DNA from: Patescibacteria group bacterium
Lineage (GTDB): Bacteria > Patescibacteriota > Patescibacteriia > 2-12-FULL-60-25
Direction: 5' to 3'
DNA: 64,000 nt
Assembly: GCA_022703155.1 (NCBI GenBank)
Contig: JAKLEH010000001.1
Coordinates: 16,482 to 80,481, forward strand
The notes beneath the pieces were generated by a model. It had not been told where the DNA came from. It did not search any database and worked only from the letters and a program-made list of their open reading frames with translations. The position numbers and the translations under genes were made by a program. This document shows, piece after piece, positions 41,551 through 52,172 of this stretch (position 1 is the stretch's first letter; every line of letters starts with the position of its first letter).

Positions 41551-43830
41551 TCATTCTTCCTCAATCTCCGGAATTTCCCGATTCACCTGATCCAAAACCG
41601 GATGCGAAGCCATGGGCGGTCCCGGAATCTGATCCAAACCCTTTGAGAATTCAACCTTGAGTATTTCGCGCGGTTTGGCGCCGTCTGCCGGGCCGATAAA
41701 GCCTTCAGCCTCGAGCAAATCCAAAATGCGGGCGGCACGCGCGTATCCGACCTTGAGGCGACGCTGCAGGAGCGACGCGCTGGCCTTGCCCGCCCGAATG
41801 ATCTCTTCTTTGGCCGAAGGCAGCATTGGGTCAGCGTCGCTTTCGTCGATGCCGCCTCCGCCTTCGCCAAACTCGGTCGGGCCGCCTTGGCGTTCGACCA
41901 CGGACGTGTCGTAGTCCGCGGGTTCGTATTTTGACTTGAGGTATTCGACCACGCGCCCGATTTCGTCGTCGGCCACGAACACGCCTTGGATGCGGCGCGG
42001 CGATGCCATGTCCGCGGTCTGGAACAGCATGTCGCCGCGGCCGATGAGTTTTTCCGCGCCCGACTGGTCCAAGATGGTGCGCGAATCCATGAGCGACGCC
42101 ACGGAAAACGCGATGCGCGCCGGGATGTTGGCCTTGATCAAGCCCGTGATGACGTCTACGCTCGGGCGTTGCGTGGCCAACACCAAATGGATGCCCACGG
42201 CGCGCGACATCTGGGCTAGGCGCACGATCTGCCCCTCCACTTCCTGCTTGGCCGTGACCATAAGGTCGGCCAATTCGTCCACGATCATGACGATGTACGG
42301 CAACTTGTCCTGGCAGCGCTGGTTATAGCTCGCGATGTCGCGGGCCTGCATTTTGGAGAGCAGATCGAACCTCCGGTTCATCTCGCGGATGGCCCACTTC
42401 ATGGCGTTGACCGTCTTGTCCACTTCGGTGATGACCGGCGTAATCAAATGCGGCACGCCGTTATAGACCGGGAATTCCACGCGCTTGGGGTCCACCAGAA
42501 TCATGCGCAGATCGTCCGGCCCGTTGTTGAACAGGAGCGACATTATGATGTCGTTCAAACACACGGATTTGCCCGAACCCGTGGCGCCGGCCACGAGCAG
42601 GTGGGGCATTTTTGCGATGTCGGCCAGCCACGGCTTGCCGCTCACGTCGCGGCCCAAAGCGAACGACAGGTTTTTGCGGTCTTTCCATTCGCGCGCTTCG
42701 AACATCTCGCGCAGGCCCACGATGGCCACGCTTTGGTTGGGCACCTCGATGCCCACCAGAGACTTGCCCGGAATCGGCGCCTCGATGCGGATGGGATGCG
42801 CGGCCAATGCCAAAGCCAAATCGTTGTGCAAAGCCGTGATGCGCGTGAGTTTGATGCCGTCTGCCGGCTTGAAGGTGAACTGCGTGATGGTCGGTCCGAC
42901 CGAAACCTCGCCCATTTCCACGGGTATGCCGAATGTTTCGAGCGTGCGCTGGATGACCGCTTGGCGCGCCGCGATATCGCCGCTCGTGGGTTTTTGGTCG
43001 TGGCGGTTCAAGAGTTCGAACGGAACCTCGATTTTGGGATTGCGGCGCCGCGGCTTGGCGGGCGGCTCTTCGGCCGGATTGAGCGTCGCGGCCGAAACCA
43101 AATCCGGTTTTTTATGCTCGAGTTTGCTGACGTCGACCGTGGCCGACGCGGCGGACGCCTTTTCATCCTCGTCCGTGTCGTCAGTTTCTTTTGAATCAGA
43201 CGGCGCGGTTTGCAGAGCCTCGAGTTTGCGCCGTTCCGAACGCTCGCGCAGGGCGCGGAAGATGCCGATGAACGGGCCGGCCAACAACATGGCCGCGCGC
43301 TTGAGGACTTCGACCACGCGCCATACCTGTTTGACGATGTCGCCGAACGACGCGTTGAAGGTCAGCACCAACGACACGCAAAACACGGCCGCGAAAAATA
43401 TGGCCGCTCCGGCTACGCCGAAGATGGGCAAAAAAGGTTCGGCCAACATCAATCCCATCTTGCCGCCGGCCGCGTCTATGGCCGCGCCTTCGGCCGGTTG
43501 GCCTGCGAAGGTCAAAACGTGAACCAATGGGTTCAGGCCCACGAAAAACAACAGAAAACCAGCCCCGTTGGACCACTTGAGCGGCAACCTTTCGGGTGAC
43601 ATGAGCCAGATGGCCACGGCCAGCACGAAAAACGGCGCCACTATCTTGTCCCAACCGAAAACGTGGGACATGGCCTGGTCCATGGCCGCTCCCAGCGATC
43701 CCGCAAGGTCGAACAGCGACAGCAGCATGAGCAACGCCAAGGCGAAACACAAAACGGTCGCGATGCCGCGCCGCGTGTGTTCGTCCAGCTGGAAATTGAA
43801 CGAGGCCTTGTGTTTGCGTCTTGGTGACAT
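41551..43830 (-). CDS. ftsK: DNA translocase FtsK/SpoIIIE
   Basis: N-terminal TM helices, Walker A VAGATGSGKSV, Walker B IVMIVDELADL and the gamma winged helix ASLLQRRLKVGYARAARILDLLEAEG. Confidence 0.95.
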   Translation of the reverse strand: MSPRRKHKASFNFQLDEHTRRGIATVLCFALALLMLLSLFDLAGSLGAAMDQAMSHVFGWDKIVAPFFVLAVAIWLMSPERLPLKWSNGAGFLLFFVGLNPLVHVLTFAGQPAEGAAIDAAGGKMGLMLAEPFLPIFGVAGAAIFFAAVFCVSLVLTFNASFGDIVKQVWRVVEVLKRAAMLLAGPFIGIFRALRERSERRKLEALQTAPSDSKETDDTDEDEKASAASATVDVSKLEHKKPDLVSAATLNPAEEPPAKPRRRNPKIEVPFELLNRHDQKPTSGDIAARQAVIQRTLETFGIPVEMGEVSVGPTITQFTFKPADGIKLTRITALHNDLALALAAHPIRIEAPIPGKSLVGIEVPNQSVAIVGLREMFEAREWKDRKNLSFALGRDVSGKPWLADIAKMPHLLVAGATGSGKSVCLNDIIMSLLFNNGPDDLRMILVDPKRVEFPVYNGVPHLITPVITEVDKTVNAMKWAIREMNRRFDLLSKMQARDIASYNQRCQDKLPYIVMIVDELADLMVTAKQEVEGQIVRLAQMSRAVGIHLVLATQRPSVDVITGLIKANIPARIAFSVASLMDSRTILDQSGAEKLIGRGDMLFQTADMASPRRIQGVFVADDEIGRVVEYLKSKYEPADYDTSVVERQGGPTEFGEGGGGIDESDADPMLPSAKEEIIRAGKASASLLQRRLKVGYARAARILDLLEAEGFIGPADGAKPREILKVEFSKGLDQIPGPPMASHPVLDQVNREIPEIEEE

Positions 43831-43879
43831 GACCCGCCTATTTTAGCCAATCGTACGATTGGAGTCCAACGCAGTTGGG

Positions 43880-44968
<1,089 letters not shown>

Positions 44969-44977
44969 ATATGTATT

Positions 44978-45012
44978 GAATAACCAATAATCAATTACCA
45001 ATAAACAAAGGG
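44978..45012 (-). repeat. Heptad array immediately upstream of the recA start (sense: ATTGGTA ATTGATT ATTGGTT ATTCAAT)
   Basis: Read directly from the sequence. It belongs to the same family as the arrays at 16043-16127, 25807-25894 and 41441-41549. Confidence 0.75.
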
Positions 45013-45174
45013 AATTACGACCTTCAAACACTCTGACGTTGCGCGTTGCACGATTCGCGTTTCACGTCCCTGTTCTATATTTGTTCTATATCAAAACATA
45101 CATTACCAAAGAGGTAACAAATCGTCATTGGGGATAAGTTTTTCGCTTCTTGCGGCGCTTAAAGCACGACAGTT

Positions 45175-45498
45175 TTACGCTTGAACGGGCTCAAGCCTTT
45201 GATGTCTGAGGCGGTTTTCGAATCCAACACCTTTTTTAGAATGCAATACGTCAACCAACGCGTCAGTTTTGGCGTCCGCCATCTTGTCGTAGCCGACCAA
45301 GTCACCGCGCAATTGGAGCATCCTGGTGTCCAAATAGTCTTTGGTCACCATGGTGGCTTTTATTTTGCCTACGTCCGATTCCAGCCGATTGAAACGCTGA
45401 TTGATGCCGGTGAAGCGCTCCTCAACGCGCTCTGCAAAATTGTTGATCGCATCCAGCACGTCTTGCGTGGACGGATCCTTATGGTTTCTCTCCTCCAT
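45175..45498 (-). CDS. Hypothetical coiled-coil protein (107 aa)
   Basis: Track ORF with protein-like composition (DVLDAINNFAERVEERFTGINQRFNRLESDVGKIK...). There is no clear SD. Confidence 0.5.
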   Translation of the reverse strand: MEERNHKDPSTQDVLDAINNFAERVEERFTGINQRFNRLESDVGKIKATMVTKDYLDTRMLQLRGDLVGYDKMADAKTDALVDVLHSKKGVGFENRLRHQRLEPVQA

Positions 45499-45589
45499 AT
45501 ATAGCCATGCTAACAGCGAACGTGAACCGAGGCAAATGCGCTAGGTTGAGATATATTTAAGCGATTTGCACATTTGCAGTTATGCACAA

Positions 45590-45615
45590 ATAAAATCCCG
45601 GCCAGAAGGTCGGGA
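45590..45615 (-). terminator. Terminator downstream of the M23 peptidase gene
   Basis: The minus strand reads TCCCGACC-ttct-GGCCGGGA followed by TTTTATTT, starting 4 nt after the stop. Confidence 0.5.
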
Positions 45616-45618
45616 AGG

Positions 45619-48066
45619 TCACGGCAAAGCCGGGACGTAAGCGTTGAAATACGGATGGTCGGCCGCGCCGCACCACACGCCATTGTGGTTGGGGTCGGGC
45701 AGGCCGTTGTCGTGGAGCTGGAACGGAAACGGTTGGCCGTTCACGAACAATTTAACCGTGCCCAAGATGGCCATGCCCGTGCCGTTCATGGTTTGGGCGG
45801 TCGCGGCCGGAATGCACGGCGCGGGCGCCAAACCCGACGTGTCGCCCCAATAACGGTTGGCTCCAAGCGAGATTTGGAACTCCAGCTCTGCCGCGTGCGG
45901 CGCGTGGAATTCGCACACGATGTCTTTGGCCGACATGGCCAGGCATCCTGCGAACATGGACCAAGCGTGGCCGGTAAACCAACCGTCCACGCGTTTGGGC
46001 AGGGTCGCGAAGTCGTCCGTGCCGTAATACTCGATGCGGACCAGGTCGTCGCCATTCGTGTCGCCGGCATCCGGGCTCTCGTCCGAGCCGGACGATCCAC
46101 CGGACCCGCCTGCTGCAGGGGCGCCTGACGAACCTCCGGTGCCCGTCGCGCAATCCCAACAGTCGGACATGACGCCCTGGTTGGTGCAGGCCTGCTTGCC
46201 CATGGCTCCGCCCGGACAACACGGAAGGTCCACGATTTGGCCGGCATGGTACGGACCGCAAGTCGCCTGCGGCGAACCGCCGGACCCTCCGGTCGACGAC
46301 GAAGCGCCCGAACCTCCAGCACCCGAATCGGCGGACGTGCCGCCTGCGCCAGACGCGCACCCGTAACAGTCAGAGAACACGCCGTTGGCTTGGCAAACTT
46401 GATTGCCCGTCGAAAGGTCGGGACAACAAGGCGTCTGGATGACGTCGCCCACTGCGTACGTGCCGCACATCTTCGGCTCTCCTCCTCCCCCACCTTGGCA
46501 CACGCACGCGCCATAAGCTTTGCCCGCCGCATCACACGACTGCGTTCCCGGTTTGTTGCCCACGCAGCCGCACGGCACCGTCGTACCCGGCGTGCAAACT
46601 TGATTTTGCCCGTTGGCCGAACATTCGACCGTATCGGCCAAGGTGATCAGTTCGTCGCTGCGCGGGCCGGCCACCGCATCCAACGTGGACGCTTCGATGC
46701 CGTAGATGCACGCGGGGTCGTAGCCCAATTGCGTGAACACGTCCCAATTGAACAACGGACGCCGCACGCCGTGCTGGTCCGCGACCGCGACTTCGCTTTG
46801 GCCGTTGCCTTTGGCCAACGCCCCGGGCATGAAACCGACCATGCCTTCGTCGGATAAAAATCCGAACGTGGCGGACTTTTCCGACAACGCACGATGCTCG
46901 ATGTCCGTATCCGCGAATCCCCATGACAGGAACGAATCGTACGAAAGGAACGTACGGTACGCGGTCGGCGCGTTCGCGGGATACATCTGATACACCTGCG
47001 GTTCGCCGTCGAACTTCACGGCCTTGGAATCCAAGTAGCGCGTGAACGCGTGGGCCGACTTCTGCCAGTAGCAGGCGATTTCTTCGTCCGTGGCCACGAC
47101 CGCGCATTTTTTGGGCAAGGTCTTGGCCGCGGTGACGTTGACGACCGCGTCGTCCTCCACCACCAGCCACAGCGTGCCGTCGCCCTGTCGCGCGAGCAGC
47201 GTGCCGAGCGGATGGCGGTTTGTTTTGAGCGGCATGGCCTGGTTGCCCGGGTCGGTTTGCGATGCTTCGCCAAACGCCGCGATGAGCGCGGGGATGAACA
47301 CGGCCGGGTCGGCGTAATATTTTTTGTACGCGCCTTCGCCCGCCGTGTCGTAGCCGCGGAACCACGCGCTGTCGTCGTTTTGCGCCTGGGCGGCGCCCTG
47401 CAAACGGATGCCGCTATGCAGATGTTCGGGGCCGTCGCCGTTCTTGGCGTCGCTTTGCACGAAGCCTATCACGTCGTCCGGTCCGACCGTGTCCCCGACT
47501 TGCCACGGAAGCTTGTTTTGTCCGTTCCCGAGCTCGCTATCGCGCAAATGGCCGTAAATGGATAGGAAACGCGAGACGTTGACCTTTTGCCCGTCGCCGT
47601 TCACCGCCGCAAGCGGCGCGGCGAGCGCGTGCTCCACCACGGCCACGAGCGTGCCGTAACCGTTGGCCGGTCCGTAAAAGCGGAGCGTGCCACAAGCGAT
47701 GGGGTGGATGGCCATGCCTTCCGCGTACGCAACGTCGCGCCCCAAATGTTTGACGTTCTGGTAAACGTCCAAAAATCCGCGGTGCCCGTAGAGCAGATGC
47801 GCGTCGGAAAAATCCGCAGCCGTGGTCGGATAGCGCGCGGCCGAAACCGTACACGCCACCGGATCGTCGTGCACCACGGGTTGGATGTAGCGCGCGGATT
47901 GATCGTCGACCACGCCTTTGGCGCAACCCAAGACCAAACCGCAAACGGCCAAAACCGCGATGCCAATCAATAAAAACACGAAAGCGTTCAGATCCGAACG
48001 CGTTTTGCCGCCGATTCGCACATATTCTATTTTCGAAAGATCCCGCCGTCGCATGTCATCCTCCAC
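45619..48066 (-). CDS. Secreted/membrane-anchored M23 (LytM) peptidase-domain protein with duplicated Cys-rich modules
   Basis: 815 aa with an N-terminal TM helix. M23 motifs are HRGFLDV and GDTVGPDDVIGFV...GPEHLHSGIR. Two ~37-aa six-Cys modules follow (CGTYAVGDVIQTPCCPDLSTGNQVCQANGVFSDCYGC and CGPYHAGQIVDLPCCPGGAMGKQACTNQGVMSDCWDC), separated by G/S linkers. Confidence 0.85.
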   Translation of the reverse strand: MEDDMRRRDLSKIEYVRIGGKTRSDLNAFVFLLIGIAVLAVCGLVLGCAKGVVDDQSARYIQPVVHDDPVACTVSAARYPTTAADFSDAHLLYGHRGFLDVYQNVKHLGRDVAYAEGMAIHPIACGTLRFYGPANGYGTLVAVVEHALAAPLAAVNGDGQKVNVSRFLSIYGHLRDSELGNGQNKLPWQVGDTVGPDDVIGFVQSDAKNGDGPEHLHSGIRLQGAAQAQNDDSAWFRGYDTAGEGAYKKYYADPAVFIPALIAAFGEASQTDPGNQAMPLKTNRHPLGTLLARQGDGTLWLVVEDDAVVNVTAAKTLPKKCAVVATDEEIACYWQKSAHAFTRYLDSKAVKFDGEPQVYQMYPANAPTAYRTFLSYDSFLSWGFADTDIEHRALSEKSATFGFLSDEGMVGFMPGALAKGNGQSEVAVADQHGVRRPLFNWDVFTQLGYDPACIYGIEASTLDAVAGPRSDELITLADTVECSANGQNQVCTPGTTVPCGCVGNKPGTQSCDAAGKAYGACVCQGGGGGEPKMCGTYAVGDVIQTPCCPDLSTGNQVCQANGVFSDCYGCASGAGGTSADSGAGGSGASSSTGGSGGSPQATCGPYHAGQIVDLPCCPGGAMGKQACTNQGVMSDCWDCATGTGGSSGAPAAGGSGGSSGSDESPDAGDTNGDDLVRIEYYGTDDFATLPKRVDGWFTGHAWSMFAGCLAMSAKDIVCEFHAPHAAELEFQISLGANRYWGDTSGLAPAPCIPAATAQTMNGTGMAILGTVKLFVNGQPFPFQLHDNGLPDPNHNGVWCGAADHPYFNAYVPALP

Positions 48067-48805
48067 TTCCCTCCGTTACTAGTCGCGAAGGGAAAAGAAG
48101 AGGCATGATCTTGGTCCTTCGGGTCTGTCAGGTCGGGGGTCGGACGATCGGACCTGATGGACTTGATGGACCGCATCCACTCCACGACCCGTCCAGAACA
48201 ACCTATCGATATTGCGCTTGCCGGGCGCATTGGCTTAGGCGCCGCGTCCCTGTCGCCGCAAGGGCTGGGACTTTGGCCGCGCGCACATCGCTGTGGCGCG
48301 GTTGCGTATGCCGTCCGCTCTCCGTTGTTCGCCCCGGTCTCTCCTCGCCTTTCTGGCCTGGACCGTTACGGTCGCCGCTTCGAAAGGCCCTGGCCCGGCG
48401 GATTGGACCCGCTAGGCCCGCAACCGCGTGGGCGATTGCGTGTGTTCCGCGATCCTTTTGGTTCATGAAAAACTTTTTGGTCCGCGGTCCGCCATCTCCG
48501 GACCAGTTGGCTCACCGGTCCGGGGTCGCGCTCCAAGGCCCGTGACCTCCTTGGGACGACCCGACGGAATAAAAGTTGGGGCGGGTTGTTCTGAACTGCG
48601 TCGTGTTGTGTAGGTGCGGGCTCGTAAGCCTCATCTACAGTGTCAGGCTAGCCACGCTTGGCGTCAATTCAAATGTATTCTGGACAACGGACACTTTTTC
48701 TTTGGCGCGTCTCTCAACATTTTTATTAACCGCAAATAAATAAAATTTTTTTGTCGTGCACGTCATGACATGCGCCGTTTTGTAAATCCGAAACCGACAA
48801 AATGC

Positions 48806-50317
48806 TCATTTTCCTGTGGAAAACCGCGATTTGCGGCTCAAACAAAACCAAATCCAGCCCAACAACGCGTAAGTCGCGAGGCATAAGGCGAAGTCCATGC
48901 GCGCGATGTGGATATCGAGCCACGGCAAAACGTCGGCCAACTTGGCGGACAAAAAAACCGTCTTGGCCAAACCCATGGCCGGAGCGCTGACCAACGCCGA
49001 ACCGACAAAACCTCCCCAAGCCGCGGCCGCGGCGCCGAACAACATGGCGTACGGCACGAGCGGCACGGCCACCACGTTGGTGAACAGACCGGCCAAGGAC
49101 GCGCGTTCGAACGCGAACGCCATGTACGGCAAGGTCATGAGCGTGGCGCCACACGTCGTGGCCACGGTTTCGCGCAATCCCGCGACTTCGGGGATGATTT
49201 TAAAACGTTCGGTAAATATAGGCGTCCAAACCATCAAACCCACGGTCGCCAAAAAAGACAGCGCGAAACCCGCGTCGTACGCCAACATCCACGGGTCGAT
49301 CAGGTTGAGAGCCGCGGCCGAAACGAGCAGCACGTGCCACGTCCGGTGCGGCCGGCCCACGTGCCGCGCGAGCAACACCAGCCAACCCATGGCCGCGGCC
49401 CGCGCCACGGACGCGGAAAATCCGGTGAACGAAACGTAAGTGAACAGAGCCGCGGACGTGGCCCAAAACGCCTGCCGTCGCCACAAGCCCAGTCCCATGA
49501 GCAACGCGAACACGACCGACGCCACGATGGTGATGTTGGAGCCCGAGACCGCGATGAGGTGCGTGAGTCCGGCGCGGCGAAACCGGTCTTGCGCCTCTTT
49601 GGACATGCCGCGTTCGCCGTACAACATGCCCGCGATGAGCGCGCCTTCGTCCCCGGGCATGGCCGATGAAATGCGCGCCGTGGTCCAACTCCGCAAGTCC
49701 GCGAACGTTTGACGCGCGTCCCACCACGCGGGCTGAGCGGCCACGGTCAAATCCTTGGCCGAACACCTGGCTTGCGCTCGATGGTAATTGGCCGCATACC
49801 GCCGGTCCAAATCCTCTTCACCTTTCTCCAAACGCTTGAACGCGCAGGTGAACTCGATTTTTGAACCGATGGGAACCGGCTGTTTAAGGTTGATTTGCGC
49901 CACAATGCCCTCGATCGCAACCTTGGCCTGCAAACCGTACATGCCGGACTGCACGTCCGCGACCGTTCCGACGTACCGATTCTCACCGGACGGAATCTCC
50001 GACGGAGGCACCGTAAGGTCAAAACGCAAAATGCCGACCGCGCACGCCAATGCGAAGAAAAACATCCGACGCGCCCTAGCCTCGCTCGCGGACAAAACGC
50101 TCAAACCCAAAACCAACGTCGCCATGCCGCACCACACCCACGTAGGCGTGGACGCGAGCGGATAGAACGAATGGATGGCGACGCCGGCCAAAAATCCGGC
50201 CATGATTAAAACAGGCGTTTGCCCAACGCAAACCGCAATTCCGTCGCGCACGCGTTTCCATGTTTCCGATAACATAAAACCCCACTCAAAACAGTGAGGC
50301 TTTGCGTTCGCTCGCAC
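48806..50317 (-). CDS. comEC: ComEC/Rec2 family competence channel protein (no C-terminal MBL domain)
   Basis: 503 aa and polytopic, with the motif RRAGLTHLIAVSGSNITIV typical of the ComEC competence domain. Confidence 0.85.
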   Translation of the reverse strand: MRANAKPHCFEWGFMLSETWKRVRDGIAVCVGQTPVLIMAGFLAGVAIHSFYPLASTPTWVWCGMATLVLGLSVLSASEARARRMFFFALACAVGILRFDLTVPPSEIPSGENRYVGTVADVQSGMYGLQAKVAIEGIVAQINLKQPVPIGSKIEFTCAFKRLEKGEEDLDRRYAANYHRAQARCSAKDLTVAAQPAWWDARQTFADLRSWTTARISSAMPGDEGALIAGMLYGERGMSKEAQDRFRRAGLTHLIAVSGSNITIVASVVFALLMGLGLWRRQAFWATSAALFTYVSFTGFSASVARAAAMGWLVLLARHVGRPHRTWHVLLVSAAALNLIDPWMLAYDAGFALSFLATVGLMVWTPIFTERFKIIPEVAGLRETVATTCGATLMTLPYMAFAFERASLAGLFTNVVAVPLVPYAMLFGAAAAAWGGFVGSALVSAPAMGLAKTVFLSAKLADVLPWLDIHIARMDFALCLATYALLGWIWFCLSRKSRFSTGK

Positions 50318-50436
50318 CTGCTTAAACTATACATTTATTCATCCAACTGGCAAGATGTGCATATCTATCCGCGATGTTTGCGTATAGAAGAGAGTTAGGC
50401 GAAATAGTAAAATTTATATTTTTTTAAAAGTAAAGT

Positions 50437-51123
50437 ATGAGCACAATTCAAAAATATTATGGGAAAGGTGGCACATATTTAAAAGACCACAAAGATTATT
50501 TTTCTGATCAAAATTTAAAAAGAGATTCAGAATTTATTATTCAATCACTTAAACTCACCAAACAGGAAAAGTGTTTGGAATTACAATGTGCCCACGGAAG
50601 ATTGACGGTTGAGTTAAAAACAAGAGGATATGATATTGATGGATTGGATTTTTCAACCCACATGATTGATTTGGCAAAAAAACTAGCAGAAAATAATAAA
50701 TTAAAAATTAATTTCTTTATTGAAGATCTGAATAATTTTAAATTACCTACAAAATACTCAAAAGTGTTTTTATTTTTCCCTGATTGGACAGACTTAAATT
50801 TTGAAAAAGTACTTCCGAATATCAGCAAGATCATAAAAAGAGGAGGACTTTTTCTATATGATCATGACAATCTTTTCAGGATCTGGAATTATCTTGAAAA
50901 AAATCCAAAAGAAAAAAATAAATTTATTTTTAATCCCATAGCCATGACCCTTAAAGAAAAGGAAGGTGAAATGGGTGATAGATATTATACTTATCCAGAA
51001 TTAGAAAACATTTTTAGACAGAATGGATTTAAAATTGTTGCCACTTATGGTAATTGGACAGTAGAAAATAGCGAGTATAATTACAATAGCCCAAGATTGA
51101 GAATTGTAGCTAAAAAAATATAA
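50437..51123 (+). CDS. Class I SAM-dependent methyltransferase (cassette 1)
   Basis: 228 aa with a Rossmann-type motif region: KCLELQCAHGRLTVELKTRGYDIDGLDFSTHMIDLAKK. Confidence 0.7.
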   Translation: MSTIQKYYGKGGTYLKDHKDYFSDQNLKRDSEFIIQSLKLTKQEKCLELQCAHGRLTVELKTRGYDIDGLDFSTHMIDLAKKLAENNKLKINFFIEDLNNFKLPTKYSKVFLFFPDWTDLNFEKVLPNISKIIKRGGLFLYDHDNLFRIWNYLEKNPKEKNKFIFNPIAMTLKEKEGEMGDRYYTYPELENIFRQNGFKIVATYGNWTVENSEYNYNSPRLRIVAKKI

Positions 51124-51136
51124 ATTTTACTACATC

Positions 51137-51214
51137 GCCTAACACTGGATATGCGGCTTCGCTTCGCTTCACCCATATCGCTAATACAACATCGCATATC
51201 CAGAAACGTTATGC
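51137..51214 (+). repeat. attC-like site 1 (78 nt)
   Basis: GCCTAAC-a-CTGGATATGCG...CGCATATCCAG-aaac-GTTATGC. The inner arms are 11 bp and perfect, with an asymmetric spacer as in attC R/L boxes. Confidence 0.55.
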
Positions 51215-51377
51215 GCAATTCAAAAAATATTTTACTAACGGGGAATCAAAATGACAGGCTTTCAAAGGGGAATGGATTTGATTTTTTCTTTATTTGAAGA
51301 GTGGGGATAATACGGTGTTTTCTCCACTCCGTTCCGAAAACGATTGATAAAAGATTTTAATCACTAACTTCACTACT

Positions 51378-51920
51378 ATGCAAAAGACAAAAAGATTCAT
51401 AGTTTGGACGATTATTTTAGTTCTTGCACTAACTATTCTTATAGCGACGCAATTCACCAACGAAGTGCAATGGAATGAAGTTATTGCTTACATAGTCATA
51501 CTGCTGATCGTTGGTGGCGTTTACGAATTGTGGCGATGGCTGAAGACTCGCGAGAAAACATATCGTATCGCTTTCGGCGTTGGGCTTGCGGGAGTGTTTC
51601 TGCTCGGCTGGGTTAGTGGCGCTGTTGGTATTATTGGAAGTGAAAACAACTCTGTAAATTTGATGTATTGGGCAATACCTATCATCGGATTTATCGGCTC
51701 TCTTATTTCACGCTTCAATCCGCGCGGAATGGCGCTTACATTGTTTACGATGGCACTTGTTCAATTCTTGGTTCCAGTAGTTGCATTGATTATCTCGCCT
51801 GAAGTTAGCTGGGGCGATGCGGGAGTTATTGGCGTGTTTGCTGTTAATTCCATTTTTGCTGCGCTGTTTGCCGGTTCGGGTTTACTGTTTCAGCGTGCAG
51901 ATAAATTTGAAAACCGATAA
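51378..51920 (+). CDS. Hypothetical polytopic membrane protein
   Basis: 180 aa with about 5 hydrophobic helices. I recognise no family. Confidence 0.65.
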   Translation: MQKTKRFIVWTIILVLALTILIATQFTNEVQWNEVIAYIVILLIVGGVYELWRWLKTREKTYRIAFGVGLAGVFLLGWVSGAVGIIGSENNSVNLMYWAIPIIGFIGSLISRFNPRGMALTLFTMALVQFLVPVVALIISPEVSWGDAGVIGVFAVNSIFAALFAGSGLLFQRADKFENR

Positions 51921-52172
51921 CCCGAAAAAATACATTTAAATTAGGAGTTTTGAAAAATGAAATTCATCCCTACCCCTCTTTTGACTCGCCAATATGGAAA
52001 ATCAAATTTAGAAGAATTGAGGAAAGCCTATCATGATGAGTAAGAACGAAAAAAAAATTGAATTTTGTTTTTTGTTTATTAAAAAGCTGTATAAGATGTT
52101 TTCTCTACCTCGCTACGAAAACGGTTAATTATATTAATGACCTGAAAGCAATTTAGAAAGAAATAATCTATT

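Noticed and set aside
45071-45092. Possible LexA (Cheo) box upstream of recA
   Set aside because: The GAAC/GTTC half-sites form a direct repeat, not the GAAC-N4-GTTC palindrome. It is kept only as an unexplained repeat.
48105-48545. 146-aa plus ORF (and overlapping 103-aa and 87-aa ORFs) in the comEC-M23 spacer
   Set aside because: They are R/P/G/A/L-rich low-complexity translations with no SD and mutually overlapping frames. I treat the region as non-coding or decayed.
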